Part shown: positions 13,131 through 24,785 of the stretch, in pieces
Numbering within the stretch: the stretch's first letter is position 1
Layout of the letters: each line of letters opens with the position of its first letter
DNA from: Octopus vulgaris
Taxonomy: Eukaryota
NCBI GenBank assembly: GCA_951406725.2
Contig: OX597818.1
Span: 133,734,001-133,798,000 of the forward strand
Direction: 5' to 3'
Length of the DNA stretch: 64,000 bases
Translations under genes and position numbers: made by a program
Notes under the pieces: generated by a model
Database searches by the model: none
What the model was told of the DNA's origin: nothing
The model's input: only the letters and a program-made list of their open reading frames with translations

Positions 13131-13516
13131 TGGAGGCGCAATGGCCCAGTGGTTAGGGCAGCAGACTCGCAGTCATAGGATCGCGGTTTCGATTCCCAGA
13201 CTGGGCGTTGTGAGTGTTTATTGAGCGAAAACACCTAAAGCTCCACGAGGCTCCGGCAGGGGATGGTGGTGATCCCTGCTGTACTCTTTCACCACAACTT
13301 TCTTTCACTCTTACTTCCTGTTTCTGTTGTACCTGTATTTCAAAGGGCCGGCCTTGTCACTCTCTGTGTCACGCTGAATATCCACGAGAACTACGTTAAG
13401 GGTACACGTGTCTGTGGAGTGCTCAGCCACTTACACGTTAATTTCACGAGCAGGCTGTTCCGTTGATTCGGATCAACCGGAACCCTCGTCGTCGTAACCG
13501 ACGGAGTGCTTCCACC
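13131..13516 (+). mobile_element. tRNA(Arg)-derived SINE (head 1 + tail A)
   Basis: A box TGGCCCAGTGG, TCG anticodon-like loop, B box-like TTTCGATTC; TSD ATACAAAATT (13121-13130, 13517-13526). Confidence 0.92.
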
Positions 13517-13724
13517 ATACAAAATTCATATTATTTCTAGTCCACTGTTCTTTGCATTTGAAAGTCCTTTGATAAATTTCTTTATCTACAATGATTCGTA
13601 TTCAGTATCTATAATCAAAGGAAATGATGAGAGATTTAAAGAGCACAAGAATGCCATGAACACTTAGAGAATTAAAGTTATGAACTTAAATTGTTTCCTA
13701 AACAAAGCCTAAATATTTTAGCTA

Positions 13725-13759
<35 letters not shown>

Positions 13760-14151
13760 CTTAATGTCTGTTTTCCATGCTGGGATAGGTTGGGCAGTTT
13801 GACCAGAACTGGCAAGCTGGAGAGCTGAATCAAGGTTCCAGTCTGATTAGGTTTTGGTTTCTATGGCTGGATGCGCTTCCTAACTCCGACCACTTTACAG
13901 AGTGTTGGGTGCTTTTAATGTGGCATTGGCATGAGTATTGGCACCTTCATGTCAAAGTGTAGTGGAATGTTGAAACTATATTTTTGTTTTCTGAAAAAGC
14001 AACATTTTGGACTTACAATACTTTTGCATAATAACAGCAATATGTACGTATGTATGTATGTATGTATGTATGTATGTATGTATGTATATATGCAAGGACG
14101 TGGAACAAATATAGTATTATTGGACGCTCAAAAAAGAAGGAAAGAAGGAGG

Positions 14152-14186
14152 GTTTAACGTTTCGAGCGGAGCTCTTCGTCGGAAAC
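14152..14186 (-). ncRNA. Minimal type-I hammerhead ribozyme-like motif (Penelope pLTR type)
   Basis: Reverse complement GTTT-[CCGACGA]-A-GAGC tcc GCTC-[GAAA]C GTT^AAAC: perfect 4-bp stems I and II, palindromic AACGTT stem III typical of dimer-acting minimal HHRs; core has U4C. Confidence 0.6.
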
Positions 14187-14297
14187 ATAGGAGAAGGAAA
14201 GATCCAGAGAAGAGAAGACAGGAAAAAACAAAAAAGTGTGTGTGTATGTTTGCATGTATGTATGTATGTAGGTATGTACGTATTAGGTATGTATGTA

Positions 14298-15168
14298 TGA
14301 TTTTTTTTAGATTGATTGTTAGACCTGATGCTGCATTTTGCTATATGGAAGTGAGGTATGGGTTGTTTACCGTAGGCAGGTAAGGCAATTGGAACGATTT
14401 CATCAATACTATCTGAGAAAAATTTGGGGGAAAAATTGAAAAATGGCCATTAGTAATGTGGAGGTGATTGAAAGGAGTGGCAGTAGAAGTATAGAGTCAA
14501 TGATTTTGCAAAGACGTTTAAGGTGGGGGGGGGATATTTGGTAAGGGTGAGTGATGAGCGACTACCAAAGCAGCTATTGTATGGTGAGCTGGAAGATGGC
14601 AGGAGACCAGCACATAAACCTAAACTAAGGTTTAAGGATTGCCTTAAAAATGCTCTAATACTGACAGGAATTGCAACTGGTAATTGGAAGAGGGGGGGCA
14701 AAAGGACCATGATGGATGGAAAAAGATATAATGGTTGTTCGAGGTTTGAGAGGGAGAGAGTGAAGTATGAGAGAATTAGGAGGGGGCTTAGAAGAGGGGA
14801 ACCAGTGGAGAATGAGAGAATGTTGCTTTTTGTGTGTGTGGCTTGAGGGCGGAGGTGTGCAGGCCTGGTGAGCCATCAAAATTTTCACGGAAATCGACCC
14901 ATGATAAACAATGATGTGGCTATTAAAATTCATTATATGTGGAAGTGTGTGCCTCTCAGTTGGAGGTCTAAAAAGACATGTTAAGAGAGCGCATATGGTG
15001 GCACTTGTTTCTCCGGCCAGCCAGCACAGTTGTCTAGTATGTAATAAAATGTGTAAAAGCTTGGTCAAGCTTAAAAGTCATATAAAGGTGTCACATGGCA
15101 ACAATCATGATCATTTCAGTAAGTCATCTTGGCAATGGCTTTTCTCATGTAACGAGGATGCAGCTGTG
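14298..15168 (+). mobile_element. Older degenerate RTE-clade LINE 3' end
   Basis: Fragments GYLVRVSDERLPKQLLYGELEDGRRPAHKPKLRFKDCLK and zinc-finger remnants (CLVCNKMCKSLVKLKSHIKVSH), with frameshifts; ends in (ATGT)n. Confidence 0.8.
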
Positions 15169-15230
15169 ATGTATGTATGTATGTATGTATGTATGTATGT
15201 ATGTATGTATGTATGTATGTATGTATGTAT

Positions 15231-15827
15231 GTCCTGGACTCTGTACAAACGTCAAGTAAGGGTCCTTGAACGTTTTCATCAGAGATGTCTCAGATACATT
15301 CTCAATGTTGGCTGGACCTCAAAAATTCCAGACACACAGATCCTGAGGACAGCTGATATCTTGAGTATTGAGGCGATGGTACACAAGCACCGGTTGCGTT
15401 GGACTGGACACCTTATTAGAATGGAGGATAGAAAAATTCCTAAGCAGATGCTCTATGGAGAACTTGTGAATGGAAGGAGACTCCGGCAGAAACCAAGGCT
15501 GCGATTTAAGGACTGTGTCAAGTCCTCGTTAAAGGCTTTTGATATGCAAGACACTGACTGGGAGAACAATGCCTGTCATCGCCACAGATGGAGGAAGCAG
15601 GTTAAGGAGGGGATCGACACTTTTGAGAGAGCACGTATCCAGCATGAAGAACTTAAGCGAGCTGCACGAAAGTGCACAGCTCATATAGTGAATGGGGAAA
15701 GCTTGGTCTGCAATGTTTGCAGTCGTGTATGCTTGTCAAGAGCAGGGCTCATTAGCCACCAACGGAGCTGCAAATGCAAAATATAAGCTAGTCCTAGAGC
15801 GCACAATGTTCCTGAAGGTCGGCCATC
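15231..15827 (+). mobile_element. RTE-clade LINE, 5'-truncated 3' end with C-terminal zinc finger
   Basis: Intact frame SWTLYKRQVRVLERFHQRCLRYIL...RLRWTGHLIRMEDRKIPKQMLYGEL...RLRFKD...CNVCSRVCLSRAGLISHQRSC (stop at 15786); flanked by (ATGT)n on both sides. Confidence 0.9.
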
Positions 15828-16925
15828 ATGTATGTATGTATGCATGTATTTACTCATATGTATGTATGTATGTATGTATGTACTCATATGTATATGTGTG
15901 TATATATATATATATATAAATATGATCTTTGATCTTTTCTTTTACTTGTTTCAGACTGTGGCCATGCTGAAGCATATCTTTTATCATCTACTTGTGTCAG
16001 TCATTAATTAGACTGTGGCTATGCTGAATCACCACATTGCAAAATTTTTGTCGAATGAATCAACCCCAGAACTTATTATTTTTTAAACCTGGTACTTATT
16101 CTATCAGTCTCTTTTGTGAAACTGCTAAGTTACAGGGTCATAAACACACCAACACCAGTTGTAAAGTGGTGGTGGAAGACAAACACAAATACAAAGACAT
16201 ACACACATAGATACATACACACACACACACACAAATATAATGGGATTCTTTCAGTTTCCCTCTACCAAATTCACTCACTAATGTTTTAAATTGTTTTAAA
16301 GCTAAAACAATGCAGGCTATAAAAAATTAATAATACAGGTTGATGGTTGGTACTATTATCAGCTATTTCAATATTTCAAGGTAGGCTTCAAGACATTTAC
16401 AGAAAAAAAGATGCTGATAACTGAGAAATTAGCTATCCAAGTAATATTTCCTCTTGGCTAGACATGTTTTCACAGAATATCAGAAATGAATAACACCACT
16501 TCTATGAGGATGACACTTGTTTACAACTACACTGAAAAGAAAACACAAACACACACACATGCATACATGTGCATATGTATGTGTGTGTGTGTGTGTGTCT
16601 GTGTGTGTGTGTGTGTGTGTGCATGCACACAATCTATATTGAGTGACATCACTATTTGCAGCTCAGCTACAAGCCGTAATATCACTGTTTGTGGTTGAGT
16701 TGCAAAATGGTGTTGTCTACTGACATTTTCTGTCAACAAATTAATCACTATCTCTGTGCTTTTGGATTTCTCTGGAATAAAAAACAAATTCCTTACATGA
16801 AAAACAGTTGGGTGTTAGCAACAGAAAAAGCAACTGACCATAAAAATGCTGCCTCAAATACTTCTCCCACATAAGCTATTCTAGCATGGAGAAACAGACA
16901 ACCTAATGCATGAACCAAACAATAA

Positions 16926-16978
<53 letters not shown>

Positions 16979-17138
16979 GTGGGTAATAGAATGTCAAATG
17001 ACATAAGATAATAGGTACATACAATTAATGCTCAGGTTGAACTTGTACTTGAGCTCCAACTTTAAATGCAGAGATACAATATCTACCTAAATGAAGATTT
17101 GTTTATGTACCAATCAAGCTGGTATACATATAACAGAA

Positions 17139-17369
17139 GGTGGCGAGCTGGCAGAAACGTTAGCACGTCGGGCGAAATGCTTAGTGGTATTTCGGCTGCC
17201 GTTACGTTCTGAGTTCAAATTCTGCCGAGGTCGACTTTCCCTTTCATCCTTTCGGGGTTGATATATTAAGTACCAGTTATGCACTGGGTTCGATGTAATC
17301 GACTTAATACCTATGTCTATCCTTGTTTGACCCATCTATGTTTAGCCTCTTGTGGGTAATAAAGAAATA
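17139..17369 (+). mobile_element. SINE with Deu/Nin-like core
   Basis: GGCGAGCTGGCAGAA head, GAGTTCAAAT B box; TSD GGTATACATATAACAGAA (17121-17138, 17370-17387). Confidence 0.9.
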
Positions 17370-17493
17370 GGTATACATATAACAGAACAAAAGCCTAGAC
17401 AGGGAGACAACAGGTATCAAATAAGATTTATAACATATTTATAGTAATACAACTTATAGAATAAAACAAACACTTAAAAGAATACATATGTAC

Positions 17494-17647
17494 GTATGTA
17501 TGTATGTATGTATGTATGTATGTATGTATGTATGTATGTATGTATGTATGTATGTATGTATGTATGTATGTATGTATGTATGTATGTATGTATGTATGTA
17601 TGTATGTATGTATGTATGTATGTATGCATGTATGTATGTATGTATGT
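17494..17647. repeat. (TATG)n microsatellite
   Basis: Direct inspection. Confidence 0.97.
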
Positions 17648-18044
17648 AAGCACATATGTATGTATGTATACCAGGAGGTTAATAAAACTTCTTTCTGTGG
17701 GAAGTTTTTAATAGTTGGAATATAAACAGGTAAACTCTTGGATGGAGCAGAAAGTCTGTAGTATTGATAATACATGGTTAAGTACATAGAAGAAAGTTAT
17801 CAAGGGCAGAAACCTTGGAAATGGTAAAAAAAAAAGTGCATAGATCTATCTTTACAGCTATTTCAAAAGTAGTTGCATGATAGGTGCAGTTCTGTGTATG
17901 TTGTCTGCATCCAATCTTTATCATTCATTTTCATACTTTTTGAGATCTAGTTATGTTTTATAAAAATATATATTATTTGTTATTTATGTTTTGGTTTATG
18001 TCTATCACTGTTTGAGTTGCATAATAGTGGTTTTATCTCTAATT

Positions 18045-18086
<42 letters not shown>

Positions 18087-18293
18087 TTTTTTGCTAGTTT
18101 ATTTTGTCTCTTTCTCCTAGTGCTATATGAACATTTAATGTGGTTTTAAAGTCAAGTTTTGACTGCTATTTCCAGCATGATGGTATCTCATAGATACCCT
18201 AAATTATAATTTTAAATAATTATTACCTTTGAAAGGTTTTTATCCCATGCTGGTCCACCTGATAAGATCGGTATTTAAATATTGATCTTATCC

Positions 18294-18324
<31 letters not shown>

Positions 18325-18664
18325 GGATTAGGGAATTAGGAGTGAAATTTACTATATTTCACAATTTTCTACATTCTTTTGTTGTATGCCATTAAGTAAT
18401 ATTGGAAGGCACTGAAAAAATATATAAATGGCAATGTAGCATAACTGTTTTTAAATGAGTATGTTGATAAAAATTATATGTAAAAGTACTGAAGAAAGAG
18501 TGAATCCAATGAATAATCAATACTTTGGATACTTCTTATTTGGAAAATCATAGAAAACAAATGATTCATCACTACCTGTTTGTTCACAGAAAGAAAGAGC
18601 CAACATTTAATCTGTTCTAGGTCGTTGATGCAAAGGGTTAACTGTCAGAGGACTCCTAGTATCT

Positions 18665-18890
18665 TCTTTGATTCTTTTATTTGTTTCAGTCATATAACTG
18701 CAGCTATGCTGGAGCACCGCTTTCAAGGGATTTAGTCAAACAGATCGATCCCAGGACTTATTCTTTGTAAGCCTAGTACTTATTCTATCAGTCTCTTTTG
18801 CCAAACCACTAAGTTACAGAGATGTAAACATCAACACCGATTGTCAAGTGGTGATTGGAGGACAAACACAGACACACACACTCACAAATA

Positions 18891-18944
<54 letters not shown>

Positions 18945-19097
18945 GCTTCTTTCAGTTTCCATCCACCAAATTCACTCACAAAGCTTTGGTAAGCCCATGG
19001 CTATAGTAGAAGACACTTGTCCAAGATGCCACACAGTGGGACTGAACTCAGAGCAATATGGTTGGGAAGCAAGCTTCTTACCACACAGTCATGCATA
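18665..19097 (-). mobile_element. Same microsatellite-containing SINE family (older)
   Basis: Diverged copy with internal (CT)n(TA)n. Confidence 0.8.
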
Positions 19098-20829
19098 TGA
19101 GGAAGATAAATTATAAATGTACTCATATTTTCTGTAGAATTACTTTAGTTATTCATAACCTGGAATATTCTCATTAAGATTTTACAAATGTAGCTGTCCA
19201 AGTATCTAGGCTAAACTTATAGATATCACAATTCAAATATACTGAAAATCACTTAGCATATTGTGGTATATAAGAGGGGAGAGTTTAGCAGCAGGTCAGC
19301 TGTGATGGAGGCATTCCAATCTTGATCTTTTCATCTTTTTGTATATTAGGGACTACATTGTCCAACATATCCTTCTTTGACTAGGTAGGGTATGATTTGA
19401 GGTAGATATGACAGCTCTTTTTATCAGATCTAGTGACCATAAACAGAATTTCTCATTGTAAACATATATAGGAATTAGAATTATTCTGTGAGATGCAATA
19501 CAGTAGTGTGGATTGGTTCCATTTCTTCCGCTAACCAGCCAAGTCTCATGTACTATTATTAAATGCTCAATATCTAACAGACACACACAATGTATACCAG
19601 TTACTTTGTTTGAAGCAGTCAACTGTATTGCTTCAGCAGAAATGCTAGAGGTGCATTTGCTGCTGTGATTAATTTGATGAAATAGATTTGCAGTAAGAAA
19701 AATGTCAAACGGTGTTTACAAATAAATATATTTTATTGGCTCTTCCCCACCCCCATTAAATGCATTTCTCTAAAATTTCATTAGATATTTGTTTCTCAAA
19801 AAGTAATCCAGTGATGAAGTTCTAAGATATTTAAGATACATAGTGTTTCTATTTGCTTTATGCCAAGCGCACCTGAGCAACACCACACACAGTGATAATT
19901 GCAGAAACTTTGAAACAAATGCTTGAAAAAATTAAATTACGACTAGTTATTTACATTAACATCTCACTTACAGAAGTAACTATCAGATTAATCAGCTTGA
20001 AAATATATATTGGTTACAAAAATACATATATTAAAACACAATGTTAAATGCAAATTTAAAATATCTCTAATTAGACAATAAACGCTACATGATGAAGAAA
20101 ACATAGTCAACACTTTTTGAAGGATATTAAAAATATTACAAAGATTTTCTTAAATATTACAACTGGGAAACAAAATCTATGTAATAATGAAATGAAGTAG
20201 GATAAACTAAAATCACAAGATACGAACAACTTTTCCCTGGGCAGAACATTAAAACATGAATTTGGAGATAAGAGATAAGTCATAAACAGATAACTCATTT
20301 TTCATTTAATATCAAGACTTCAACTAATACCATAGAGTCTTTCTTGGAACTTAACAAACCAGAAAATTAATTTCAAAATTAGATCTTTTATTTTTATACA
20401 ATTTATACCCTAACTGTTTTACACATTTCACTATATTTTTAATTTTGATACGAAACTATTAACATCACTCATCAGATAATTTTAATCCTATCATAAAAGG
20501 AAATAACTAGTTTTGTTCTAAAATGAAGAAATGAAAACCTTGGGAAGTAACATCTTTCTATTTTCCTGAGAATCCATTTTGTTATCTTACAACTAAATGT
20601 TTACAGCATTTTTGGCTTTAATTATGTTAAAAGAAAAACTATTGACTGCTATAGTCCTGGGAACAACTCTTAACCTCTGATGTTCTTCTTGTAATTCATG
20701 AAAGAAAATAAGATTGCTATAATAAGGTTAATTGCCTCAACTAAAAACAAACAAGAAAAATGTCAGATGAAAATGTGGAATATTTTTTAATACCTTTGAT
20801 AAAGAAAGAACCTTCAAAATATTTAGATA

Positions 20830-21654
20830 CAAGCTGATGTAGCCAGTAATTCTCGGAAAAGTGGGGCTTATCCCTTGGTTCGCTAATCCAATAACAACAA
20901 TACAAAGTATGTAGCTCTTAAAATGGTAACTGTCTTACACAGGAAGTTGTTTTTAGGAATTCCCAATAAGTTATGAATACCCAAATTGTGAACTTAGTTA
21001 TGTAATAACTAGAAATTAGTTACCCGATAGTAAGAATGCAAATAAAGTAGCCCCAAATAGGGCTTTAATGCATTCCCAGAGTATATAGAACTTAGGAGGA
21101 AATAGCAATAAGGTATGTATACTAAAATTGTGAAGCATGTTACGTAATAATAGGCTAATCAGATATGAAATAATAACAATTCAAAGTAAATAACTCTGCA
21201 AAGGGCTTTTGTGCATTCTCAGAGAATATTACCCTCAGGGGCACTAGTGTTGGTATATTCGTAAATAAGTTACTAACTGAAATAAGTGGATCTATTGTTT
21301 AGGAAAATACTATTTACTTGTTTAAGGGTTGTACTGGATAAATTGTGGAAATAACAGTTCAAATACTAAGGTCTAAGCAAACTAAATTTGATTTTTACCA
21401 AATAATATGGGAAAATGAATGAGTTATTTTCCTTGGCTGTTAAAATAAAATATATTAGTTATATATAAGGATCCTGTCCAGGGGCCCTATTATCGATTTT
21501 TTTCAACAATCTGAGTATGCTATGAGGTTTCCAAACATGAATTCTACTCAAGTGTCATGTTTCATCAAAATCGATAAAACATTGTTGGAGGAGTTAACTA
21601 ACAACTCTGCAAACAAACCCACCTACAGACAGAATTTCCCACATATGTAGTAGA
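20830..21654 (-). mobile_element. Non-autonomous Helitron (older) with internal ~142-bp diverged tandem repeats
   Basis: Minus strand starts A|TCTACTACATAT...GTCTGT...CGATTTTGATGAAAC and ends CCGAGAATTACTGG...CTTG|T. Internal motifs recur at 20981/21122 and 21060/21203. Confidence 0.65.
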
Positions 21655-22681
21655 TGTTTGGCTTTACAAGAAATAAGGAAATCACCAATTTCTTTACAAT
21701 GTCTAGTTGAATTGTTTGGCTTGAAAGTTAACCATAAAAACAGTGATATAAAAAAAACACATTTTTTCATACTGAGCAACAAATTCTATTGTACACCACT
21801 GACAAGACAGTTCAAGGATATTTTTATGTTCTTATAAGGTCATATTAACCATACCATGTTGATCATTAAATAAACAGACTTTAGTGCCTTAATGAAATAT
21901 AGCTTAATGTGCCATAAAATAGGAAGCAGAAACAACATAACCAAGTAATATATTATGTTCCTATTACATAAATGTTAAGAAACCTTTAATTTTTTTTTAT
22001 TTCCATTGCAGTCATAATGCAAATAGTACAGCTGGCTTTCAATATAAAATCACTTTGAATGCCATCATACTTTCTTTGTGTGATTCAGAAAATTACATAA
22101 AAACAAAGCATTGCATTGTTTTTGTTTAATCACTTTTTACTAATCTTTAAAAGAGAATTGTTCTACATATTCATTTTAATTCAAATTTTACAGCTTGAAA
22201 TAAGGAATGGTATTATTTTTTCCCCATATCAATAACATTAATTATAAAACTAATATTACTTTCAAGTTCCAGCACAAGGCCAGAAATTTTGGGGAAAGGT
22301 GTAGGTCGATTAAATTGACTCCGTATTCAACTGGTACTTATTTTATTGACTCCAAAAGAATGAAAAACAAGGTTGACCTCAGCAGAATTTGAACTCATAG
22401 CATAAAGACAAACGAAATGCCACTGAACATTTTGCCTGACATGCTTAAGACTCTGCCAGCTTGCCACCTTATTATTAAAACTTATATTTCAAACAATTTC
22501 AAACAAGATCTCATAAAGTATGTCTCTGACTCAGTGATGTGAATACTGCAAGTAATTGTTTTTCAAAATATTTCCTTGTATAACCTTCATTGTGAATATT
22601 ATGAGCATATACATGGCTGTGTGCTAAAGAAGTTTGCATTGCAACCACATGGTTCAAGATTTTATCCTAGTCTTTTCTTTT

Positions 22682-23075
22682 TTTTTTCCTTTTACTTGTT
22701 TCAGTCATTTGACTGTGGCCATGCTGGAGCACCACCTTTAGACGAAAAAATCGACCACAGGACTTATTCTTTGTAAGCCTAGTACTTATTCTATCAGTCT
22801 CTTTTGCCGAACTGCTAAGTTACGGGGACATAAACACACCAGCATTGGTTGACAAGCGATGTTGGGGAGACAAACACAGGCACACAAACATATACACACA
22901 GATACATATATACGCCGGGCTTCTTTCAGTTTCCGTCTACCAAATCCACTCACAAGGCTTTGGTTGGCCCGAGGCTATAGTAGAAGACACTTGCACAAGT
23001 TGCCCGCAGTGGGACTGAACCTGGAACCATGTGGTTGGTTAGCAAGCTACTTACCACACAGCCACTCCTGCGCCT
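22682..23075 (-). mobile_element. Same microsatellite-containing SINE family
   Basis: High similarity to 9739-10165. Confidence 0.85.
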
Positions 23076-23204
23076 ACTGGGTAACAATTTGGACAAACAT
23101 CTACAATATTCTCCAATATCTTGAGAGTGGTATTTCAAAGATAGAAACTGTGGAAAACTGTTTTGTGTGTTGTGTGAGTGTATGTATGTATGTATGTATG
23201 TATG

Positions 23205-23265
<61 letters not shown>

Positions 23266-23617
23266 GTGTGTGTATGTGTAAGTATGGAGCTGGAGAGGCC
23301 ACCAGTCATAACATTCTTTGTGCCAGTGGACACAAACCTCAAGAGGTCAAGAGAGCAGGGCTGTCTCGTCCAAAACAATATTTTCATGAATAGATCGCCT
23401 TTCCTGAATTCAAGGGACTACCATTATCATATGTAATGTGTGTGCATGTGTGTGTGAGAGAGAGAAAAAGAGAGAGAGAGTGTGTGTCTCTTGTCTGTGA
23501 ACAATGATCAGATTCAGTCCCCTCTACATGCAAATTAACTTTGAGATGTTAATTCATGATTTCTCGAAATTATCTTTTCTTCTCTTTGAAAGCCACTACC
23601 AGTGGCTTCTAGGTTAT

Positions 23618-23652
<35 letters not shown>

Positions 23653-23834
23653 ATGCATGTGCATGTGCATGCACACACTCATACAGATGTGTGTATATCT
23701 TTCACATCAACAAGAATACAGAAAAACTGGTGCTTCCAAATGAAATCTCTTGCAATATTTGTTGTGCATCATGTCAGACACTGCATTGTCATTGGATATA
23801 CAGACAGATACAGAGATAGCCATCAGATATACAG

Positions 23835-24370
23835 ACAGCCATAATGGAAAGAAGACTGAGTTTCTGTGGACAAAGCTTTCATAGCAAGAACGAAATAGTA
23901 AGTCACATGCTGATGTGAGTACCATCACACAGAAAGCGTCGGCTGCGGGGTCATTCCGAAAAGCTCTACCTGCGACGATTTCAACTCAATCGAAGGAGAG
24001 GAGCTTTCTCCCTCCGGGTTGCGGATCCGTGGAACAAGCTGCCAGACGAGATGGTGAAGATGCCGACGACTGCTTTGTTCAAAGCCTCCCTGGACCTCAA
24101 GTGGCCTGAACTCTTTACATGAACACCACCCTGTACTTAACTCCATGTCCCCCTACATGGCCTTGCTATTTGCTTTTGAGCCAAATTAACTAACTAACTA
24201 ACTAACTAACACAGAAAGCAACTTAGGGGTCGTCCTACAAGGATATTTACTGACCAACTGGTAGAAGACTCTGGTCTATTGAAAAGTGACATACCAAGAG
24301 CAATGCAGGGGAGTGAAATATGGAAACAAATGGTTGATGGTGTTCATCTGCTGATGACACAGCAGCAACA
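23835..24370 (+). mobile_element. Old RTE-like LINE 3' relic interrupted by the CR1 fragment
   Basis: Removing the CR1 insert gives IMERRLSFCGQ...VPSHRKQLRGRPTRIFTDQLVEDSGL...AMQGSEIWKQMV, resembling an RTE-type C-terminus. Confidence 0.6.
23935..24210 (+). mobile_element. CR1-group (TAAC)n-tailed 3' fragment
   Basis: Near-identical to 9034-9316; flanked by ACACAGAAAGC (23927-23937, 24209-24219). Confidence 0.85.
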
Positions 24371-24565
24371 GTAGTTAGCTTGTTAGAGTCCTGTAACTAA
24401 TTACACTGATGTTCACTAATTGCAATATAAAATAACTAAAATAATGTCAATGCAAGACATACTTAAAATTAGGCAGGTTTTCTGCAGAAAACCTATGTTA
24501 TGGTTGGAGATACCCTTCCTATCACCAGCCTCTTATAGTCTCCTCTAATAGCAGGCAAAGATATA

Positions 24566-24785
24566 TATTTCTTTACTACCCACAAGGGGCTAAACACAGA
24601 GGGGACAAACAAGGACAGACAAACGGATTAAGTCGACTACATCGACCTCAGTGCATAACTGGTACTTAATTTATCGACCCCGAAAGGATGAAAGGCAAAG
24701 TCGACCTCGGAACGTAACGACAGACGAAATACGGCTACGAATTTCGCCCGGCATGCTAACGTTTCTACCAGCTCGTCGCCTTCAA
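24566..24785 (-). mobile_element. SINE with Deu/Nin-like core (small internal deletion)
   Basis: TSD GCAAAGATATA (24555-24565, 24786-24796); the B-box segment is deleted. Confidence 0.85.

Noticed and set aside
13131-13210. tRNA-Arg-like sequence
   Set aside because: SINE head: continues into the SINE body, flanked by TSDs, no proper acceptor stem or terminator.
14911-15786. 291-aa ORF, the longest in the window
   Set aside because: Chance in-frame fusion of an old RTE end, an (ATGT)n tract and a 5'-truncated younger RTE; not a host gene.
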